Of a DNA stretch of 64,000 bases, positions 55,729 through 64,000 are shown piece after piece. Source of the stretch: Thalia democratica (lineage: Eukaryota); contig OZ241834.1 in NCBI GenBank assembly GCA_965202585.1, positions 31,124,001 to 31,188,000 of the forward strand, written 5' to 3'. Each line of letters opens with the position of its first letter. Within the stretch, counting starts at the first letter, position 1. A program made the translations under genes and the position numbers. Below the pieces are notes generated by a model that ran no database searches, was not told where the DNA came from, and was given only the letters and a program-made list of their open reading frames with translations.

Positions 55729-58509
55729 CAGGGGCGTAGCGTGGGGAGGGACGCTGGCGCATGCGCGCCACCAAAAAAAAAGAAGTAAAAAAAAATGTAA
55801 TATCTTTATTCTTTATTGTTTATTTTTTCTGATTAATTTGCCGTTTTTCAACTAAGTTTTTCTAGTATTTGAAAAGTAAAACGAAATTTCAAATACCAAT
55901 TAGTGACAAGTTAGGGAAATCACCCAGTATACTGATTCGGTGCGTAATTTTAAATGTGCGCCAATGTTGATGCAAAACTCCATAAGGAAAAATTTTATAA
56001 CTTCATTAACTTCATAAGAATTTACACTCAAACAGTACGCAACCAGTTAGTGCACCGCAGTAGTATAACCTTATGAGAGAATTTTCTACAAGGACAAATG
56101 CTAACATTTTGTTAGCAAACCATAAAGCTAAACCTGTTTTATAGTGATAATGATTCAAGAATAAACAAATAGTAATAAAAATAGCAATTAATAACTGCTA
56201 ATAAAATAAATTGATAATAAGAACAAAAAATATTAACAACATAATTAAAAAGATAAATAACAAAAAAAAAATTAAAACAAATAATAAATAAACAGCTCAT
56301 ACTGTGATTGCAGTTTTAATCTCACTGTACAAAAAGTATTCTTTAAATTACCCTAAACTTAAAATTTTTATTAAAAGTAGTTTCTTTTTTTATTAAGATA
56401 ACAAACAAATCAAACTTTGCTATTCTATCAGCCATAAAGTTTGAAAATTAATCTATTTTTGTAGCTAGTTATTTTAAAATTTCTTCAGTCACATCATGAA
56501 TAATATTATAGCAACTTGTAAAACAGATTTTTTACAATCAATATTTAGTCTTAAAGACTTAATTGATTAATTTTAAATTTAAATTTATTTAATTTTAAAT
56601 CAAGTTTAAATGGTATTTAAAAAAAATTTCTTTCTACCCACTGTTTGTAGTATTTAAAAAATGCTATTCCCTAAAGATCATAGAAAAACCGATTTTAAGA
56701 TAAATGAAAAGCTATATTTCTTGTGAATTTTTAAAAGCATGGAAAAGGTTGACCTTCAAAAATTTATCTTTTTAACTTTTTGTTTTGTATCAGAAACATT
56801 TAGTAAAATCTTTCCACACACTCAGGATAACTCAAGATTCTATGAAGTTTTGGAAAACTTTAGTATGACTCTGTTAAAACCAGGATAACATTTTAAATAG
56901 TTTATAAAATTAAGTATTTTTAAGCTCAGGCTGACTAAGGATATATTTGTTTTTTTTGTTAACTCAGGGTAGATTTAGTGGTTTTAAAAGCTTTTTTTTA
57001 AGAGCCTAGTTTCTATTAGTTTAAAAACAATAAAAAATATCTTTAAAATAATTTAAAATGCCTACGATGACACATGATATTTTTAAACTAACTCAGGACA
57101 GTTATTTTGACTCAAAGAGTGGCAAGGCAATCCTGGTTTCTTCAAAGTTAGTTGTTTTTTGAAAATTTGTTTTATAATACTAAATAAAAAGTAAAAATCT
57201 GTTTTCATTAATTTTTAGATTATTATTTTTAAAAAAATATGCAAAGTAGTATTGTATGGAATGTTGCAAATCTAAAAATATGTCAGATAGGAAAATTATC
57301 TGAAGTTCAAAAACTTGAATTGAAAAATAGCAAACCAACACCAGATATTGCTATTACTCAAGACTGCAGTTCAAGTGGTATGAAATTTTAATTTTTGTTT
57401 ATATTTCAGATTTTCTTCATTTGTTAAGATATATTTTTACAGTTTTATATTGTAATATAGCCAAAAATGTAGAAGTTAATACAAAAAAAAAACTAGCTCT
57501 TTAGTTTTTTCTACAAATAAATTAAAAATTTTAGACTTTTAATTTTAATACTGAAGATTTAACATTTTTATATAAAAGATAGAGATAGTATATTAAAAGC
57601 TGCAACAAACTAAAAGTATGAGTTATTTTGAGTTTAATACAATTCTATTTGTTGATATAAAATAAATATTGAAAATTATCTAGAAAATGCACAGAGAAAA
57701 TGTTTAGAGGCATTAATTGTTATACTTAGTTGACTATTTATTTGTAGTTTAAGGCCATAGGGGGGGGGGTAAGCCATGTTTTTTAGAAGTTGATCTTATC
57801 TTATAAAAATTTTTCTAAGCAATAAGGTGCTTTTTATTGTTATAAAAAATTCGAATTACTTTTTGAGATATGACTAGTCAAAGTTGGGCCGCATAGGTTC
57901 CCTATGGAAAGGGAAAACTAAAACAGCGAGAAAGACTATTTTGTTTAAAATCTATCTCCTCCTACATTTTTCAAGCAATCTTCTTCAAACTTTAACAGTT
58001 TAATCTTTTTACAATAATAAAATAATATTACTTGTGAACTTAAAAAAATTGTAGTAACAATGTATTTTTTATGAAAAATAAAAATAAATTTTAAAGTTTT
58101 TTTATAAAATTTTTATTTATTTTAATTATCAAAATTCATAAATTACGTTTTTTTTTTGTAAAGTACGGATCATTTTCTTAAATTTATAAAGATTGCTACA
58201 AAAGTGAAGAAGAAGATAGATTTTTAATAATATTTTAAATTTCCCAGAAAATTGACCCCGAAGTAAGTTTACATTTGTATAAGTATAAGTAGTTCTAATA
58301 AAGTTTAAATTTTTTTAATTTTTTAATTTTGTAATAAATAATTATTTTTTAAAACAGTTGCTTTGAACTTATTTTACTTAATGATTTTATTTCAATTATA
58401 CTACTTATAAAAAGATCTTTTTATAGCTAATTACAAAAGTTTCAACTTAGGGGATTTTTTGAGAAAAAAATTGCGCACCCCCTGACCAAAACACCACGCT
58501 ACGCCACTG
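55729..58509. mobile_element. Non-autonomous hAT-superfamily DNA transposon, 2,781 bp
   Basis: 16-bp TIRs CAGGGGCGTAGCGTGG (55729) and the reverse complement of CAGTGGCGTAGCGTGG (58494-58509), 15/16 identical; perfect 8-bp TSD GTAAGCAC at 55721-55728 and 58510-58517. Confidence 0.9.
57239..57377 (+). pseudogene. Possible remnant first exon of a hAT (ZMYM1-like/TTF zinc finger type) transposase
   Basis: MQSSIVWNVANLKICQIGKLSEVQKLELKNSKPTPDIAITQDCSSS then G|GTATG; resembles the recalled N-terminal 'EEKL.IK..RP.PD..I.Q' stretch of this family; no catalytic domain visible. Confidence 0.35.
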
Positions 58510-61500
58510 GTAAGCACTATGATTCAAAGCTGTTTTTGTCAATTAAAACAACATTAACAATTGAATTATTATCATTGTCAATAAAATGAAACTAGTAATA
58601 GTTTACTGGTGTAAATTGTATTATTTTTCAATGAGAAAATCAATGAATAACATGATGCTCACACGGACAGTGGTAATCAGCTTGGCCTGTGACAAGCCAC
58701 TAATTTTTTGCCGAGGCAACGACAAATTGGTTAATTTCATGATCTACTTGACTATGTATGAATAATTAATAGCCAATAATTTGTTTCTGTATTTTGAAAA
58801 CTAAAATTCAACGCGTTGGATTGTAACGTAATACGTAAAACAAATATCTTTAAATTAGACTTAATAGTTTAAGTACTTTTAAAATAGTGGTAAGTTTGGA
58901 ACTAAGAAAAATAGAAAACTCATAATTAAGATTAAATAAAAAATAGTTTTATTCAATTCAAAAATACTCTAGTTACTTTTGTAATTATTTAAAACTTCAA
59001 CTGTTTGTTTTTGGTATCAGCAGCATAATTTTTTAAATTTAGAAAAATGTTGGACTTAATTTGAATTAAAGATATTTTCGACCACGGACAATTTTTATAA
59101 AAATAGAAAAAGTTGTACAGTTACTGAAATAGCTCTGCAAGTTGTATTTATAATATTCCACAAAGCTTATAAGTTTTTTTTTATATGTCTAATGAGTTTG
59201 CTTACAGTTTATATATTTAAATTATTTTATTTTAAATTTTTATCACAAGTTACACATTTATTTTCACGTTTTTTAGGCTATCATTGAAAGCGTTGCAATA
59301 AAGAAAGCTATATGACTCAGTGGATCATTAGAAATTAATAACAAATGTTTTTTAGTTCTATTTTTATGACGGAAAAATAAAGCATAAAGTAAAAATTAAA
59401 GCGACTAATTCCTTATGTAAGAGATGTATTTTTTTTCAACAAGAAGAAAGTTTAACAATAATATATACTTAGATTTCACAAAAATTGTATTTTATGAGTA
59501 CATATTAAAGCTTTAGAATGCTGGATAATGTTCTAATGCAGGTTTATTTTTGTATTCCAAGAAATGTTTTTGTACGGAATTTTGAATTATATCTAACTGC
59601 ATAAAATTTTATTTTTGTTAACTCTAAAATTAAAATAAAACAAATAAGTTTCTAAGCTTGTAATTTTTTTTCTTGCTTAAAAAGCATGCACGTACATTGG
59701 AAATTTATACGACACAGCTAACATTGTTTACAAATTAAAAGTATATTTGTAGCTTTAACAAAATTTAATTTAAAATCGACAAAATTCTAAAAATTATAAA
59801 ATATAAAAGATTAAAGATAGTGTATGACGTATATTTAATGTTAATTTTGTATGTTTTTACAGTTAAACAACTTTTAAACTTTTACTACTGTCGCTGTTAA
59901 AACGCTACGAAGCTCTCAATAACACTATTTTTTTTTTTAGTTAGAAAATTAAAGAAATTTAGCTATTTCAGAAAAAAAATTAAAGTTATGTATGTATATA
60001 AATATATAAGTATCGAAAACTTTTTTTTCTACGTCGTAACAGTACTTTTATTGTTTCAAAATAACGATTAAACTACTATTTAAAAACATGTAAGCACATA
60101 TTCGTTTATGTAAGTTTATTAGAAACGTTAAATAAACTATTTATTACTATTACACTATCCAATATTATAGACATTTATAATTAAATAGAAAACCATCGAA
60201 TTTTATCAGGGAAATATGTTTTAGTGCATTTTTTGACTTTAAAAGAACTAAGACCAATAACTTATCTTAATTAAACGTTAAAAAAGTAGTTGAGAAAAAC
60301 TCTTAAAAGCTAACGTCTACAGTATATGTTTTGTTAGTGTTTGGTTTAGATTTATACTTTAACTTTAATCTAGTTGTTTAACTTAAACTTTATGACATTT
60401 ATAACTACTTTTCATAAGTTTTTTATATCTTGATACAGTGTAACAAACCAATATTTTAAAAAGGCATTCGCAATAAAAATTGTTTTAGTTGACTGCTAAG
60501 TTATATTTTTACTTGAATTAAAAATATAAATTAAATTTCAAGTTATGAAAGCCATAATCGACTACTTTTATTAAACAAAAATTATATCTTAAATGCTCGC
60601 TTATTATTCTTTTCCAGTTAAGTACTATAACTTTGAGTTTTTAATATAGTTTGTAACTGACAAAAATAAAGTACTGGTTTTTACAAAGCGAATAGTTTTC
60701 TGATAGATGTGAAAAATTAAGTTAAAAACTGAAGAGTAAACGGTGATGATTTTAGCGGTGATAGAACCGTTATAAACACTACTATGGTTAAAAGATAATT
60801 CGTTGTAGTTTATTTTGCTTTAACAATTCCTATTTAAAGTTCTAGCATAAAAAAACGTACAGTTATTAACTATTTATTACTTAAACTTGTATTAATTTAA
60901 AAACTTATATATTTTCTATCTTACTAAATGTAAAAAATCACGTAGAATAGAATTATTTTTTGATACATTTAAAATGAAAGCAACTGTATAAGTTTTGGAG
61001 TATATTATGTAAATATGTTGCTCCGTTTTTTTCAAACACTAATATTTGTACCATGTAATTAATTTTATTTTGTCATATTTAAGTTAAGCTTTTTTTTTTT
61101 TATAGTTTTGTTTAATTTTTAATGGAATATTTTATAAATATTCAGATCAAAATTTTAAATTTTAGTCAACTTTTTTTCTGTTTGTAGGTTCAAAGCAGAC
61201 ATGTTAAAAAGCTCTGCTTTGTTTACTCGAGCGTGAAATTACTAACTTAAAACAAACCAAAGTTTATACGCTTCATTGCTGAATTACCATAGTAACTATT
61301 AGCATTTTACCAACTCTGGTTCAAAGTATTTTTTTAAATACGTTACTAAAACTAATGCTAAACCTCATGCAACACCAATTTGACTTTAATACAAGTATTG
61401 CTCAAGTATTTAAAAATAAACGGACCAGATTAAAAAAACTATATAAGCAATTAACTAGCTTTATCTACGCGTTTCAAAGCTGATAATTACTAAAAAAAGT

Positions 61501-64000
61501 TTTAGAAATTTTTAAATTTCAAAAGTACTTTGTTCAGCTTTTTCGTTGATTAAAAGTTGCTAGTTTATGTTTAATTATTAAGAAATGAAAAATCAGCTAC
61601 ACAGCTTCTGTTCAACTTTAGATATAACATGGTTTACAACAAATTAAGAACATGTTAGCACTTTTAAAAACATCTGAAGAAGTTTATTTATCAGATATAA
61701 ATCTAACTTTAAAATTTTTGCTTCAAAAAAAACTAGGTTGTTGTTTTAGTATACCACTGTGGTTTTTAAGGTGTGCACCTGTGCACAAAAAGTTTAGTAT
61801 AGTAAAAAAAAATTAACTTTATTTTTTTTATAACCTTAACTATAACATAAATTAACAGTCTAAGACTTTATTTATACATTATGACAGTTGAAACTTGTTT
61901 TTTAATTATAGTTTTTTTTTTGTAACTTAGTATTCAAAAAAATATTCCTGTAACTTACTGATCACAGATTTAAAAAAAAAATTTAACCAATGGTATAGTG
62001 ATAAAAGTTATTAGTATTATGATTATAAAACGATTGCTTTCCAATTAAACAAATTTTAAATTTGCAGATTTTCACAACTTTAGAGTCATTTTTTTTTCTA
62101 ATTTTTGCATGAATACATGTTTTTATATAATTAATGATTTTTTAACTCAAACCTTAATTCTAGAGTCTAAACTATTAAACCTGCATTACTTAAACGTTAA
62201 AATAGTTGTAGTGATTGATTAAAACTGATAAAATATTTAAACATTTGTTATTGTTTGTATGTATATTAGTACTAAAATTTAAAGTAAATTAGTAAAGCTA
62301 TACAAAAATTTAACATTATATCTTGTTATCGTAAAAAGTGACTAAATTTAAATTCAAAAATACATATTCTAAACATACCACGCAAAATACAGTTTATAAC
62401 AGTACACGAAAAACAAAAAACCACAAAACACTGTAAAAATTTATTTTTGCATAACAGTGAAAATATTCAAAAGGTGCAAGTATATATATCTTTTTTCAAG
62501 TAGGCAATCTTACAAGTCGAAATTTTGTTTCAGTTAAGGTTTGTTTTAGAACCCCAAAATTAAACATTAACCATAACCGGCAACTTTTACTTGTTTGCCC
62601 GTCTCTCGTGTATTATGCAAATTTGTTTATTTTGATAACGCACTGGTGTTAAATTAAGTAGTATTTTTTGTCAAATGAGTTTACTATCATTAGATAATTT
62701 TGATTAAACACTACGTTAAAATCAATAGTAGTTTTATAAACCATAAGAAAGCTAGTTTGTAGGAAAACAACATATGAAAAAAAACTAACCCAAGCTGGAA
62801 AGTATTTTTAAATTTTATTGCTTAATACACAAGAAATATTTTTAATTTTAAAATAGTTTTGAATCGTTTAATAGCTGATAAAGTTAAATAAATGAAATAA
62901 AAATATATGCTCAAACTTTTACACGTAGTATTAAAGCAATACTAATTAAATTATTGAAAACTTAATTTTTCAGTGTTCAGATTTTTGATTTATAATTGTT
63001 ATAAAATTGTTACCGTTATGCTTTGGTTTGCGTTAAAATTACAAATAAAAATTACTAGTTTTTTAAACAGTAAGGTTCTGTTATACTGAAAGTACTTTTC
63101 TAAGGACTTGATGTTTAAACCAAACGTAAGGTTTTTGGAAATTTATACAATCAACATTAAAGACAAGTTTATTTAAAGCAATAACAAGCTTGCTCACTTA
63201 AAGTTATATATTTCGAAACGTTTTTTTAGTCATAAACACATTTACCTTACATTTAACACTCAAAAACACTAGTTAGATAATGATTCGTTTTTTATTACTT
63301 TAATGACAAATTAATTCAGAAAGTTTTTGTCTTTTAAATAAAATATTTAACATTTATTAAAGCCTAAACCTGAAAATGTACAAAAAAAAACAAATCAAGA
63401 TATATATTAGCTTGTTTACTAGATTTAATTAGTGTTAGTATAAACAATCCTTTTAAACATTTTTTTTTGTGATCAAAGTTTAAATTATTATAAAACTTTA
63501 TTTAGCTACTTCAAAAATTTTTAAACTAATTTCTAACTAAGCTTGTAAACTAATTTTTATTAATCAAATGTACTTATGTGTTGTTTTTGTACTTATTAAA
63601 AGGTTGAAAATAAGTGTGTCTAAATAAAAATGGAAATATTTGATTAAGTTATTTGTAACTTTATTAGAAATATATACTAAAGAATTACTTTTTTAATTTG
63701 AACATGATATACTTTGAGTGACAGCCATTTGACTAAAAAAATTATCCTGAACTTTGCGGAGATTATTTGGTTTACATGAAATTTATTTTAAAATATAAAC
63801 TTCAACAATAAATTTCTAATTCTTATAAACTGTTAAATACTTTATAAACAAAAGTATTTAAATTATACAACTAAAAAAAATTAAAGCTATTTATAAAAGC
63901 ATTAAACTTTGTTTCATAAAATAATCTGTTTAAAAACATAATAAATAACAACAGCATTTATTCCAAAAAACAAAAAAGTATACTGACACAAAAAGTTGAG

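Noticed and set aside
57750-58270. Possible nested MITE inside the hAT element
   Set aside because: Repeat-like texture, but I could not find matching TIRs or a TSD.
1-64000. Prokaryotic features (operons, CRISPR, rRNA, tRNA)
   Set aside because: Spliceosomal exon-intron structure throughout; no regularly spaced repeat-spacer arrays or recognisable structural RNA genes.

Overview
AT-rich eukaryotic genomic DNA. It holds the 5' part of one giant multi-exon gene on the minus strand, a chordate-type titin/connectin orthologue. The organism is probably a non-vertebrate chordate such as an ascidian (inference from vertebrate-like Z-disc and proximal I-band Ig domains plus compact introns). I assembled by eye 63 phase-consistent coding exons, from an ATG at 50356 down to 840. 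They total 18,676 nt (about 6,225 aa, about 33 Ig domains), and the gene continues past the left edge. Order: Z1-Z2; Ser/Pro/His-rich insert with no recognisable Z-repeats; Z3, Z4 and further Z/I-junction Igs; proximal tandem Igs; a 5.66-kb giant exon and two more large unique-sequence exons; only two distal tandem Igs; then an I/A-junction-type Ig. No PEVK segment is visible. Most interesting: two intronic candidate alternative first exons that splice in frame into titin. One is a 338-aa basic repeat exon at 39193-40210; the other is a 13-aa Cronos-like micro-exon at 3063-3102, just upstream of the I/A junction. Also present: duplicated exon ends that create candidate microexons, a GC-AG intron, and a 2.78-kb non-autonomous hAT transposon with TIRs and an 8-bp TSD upstream of the gene. 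All homology statements come from recalled sequence knowledge, not database searches.
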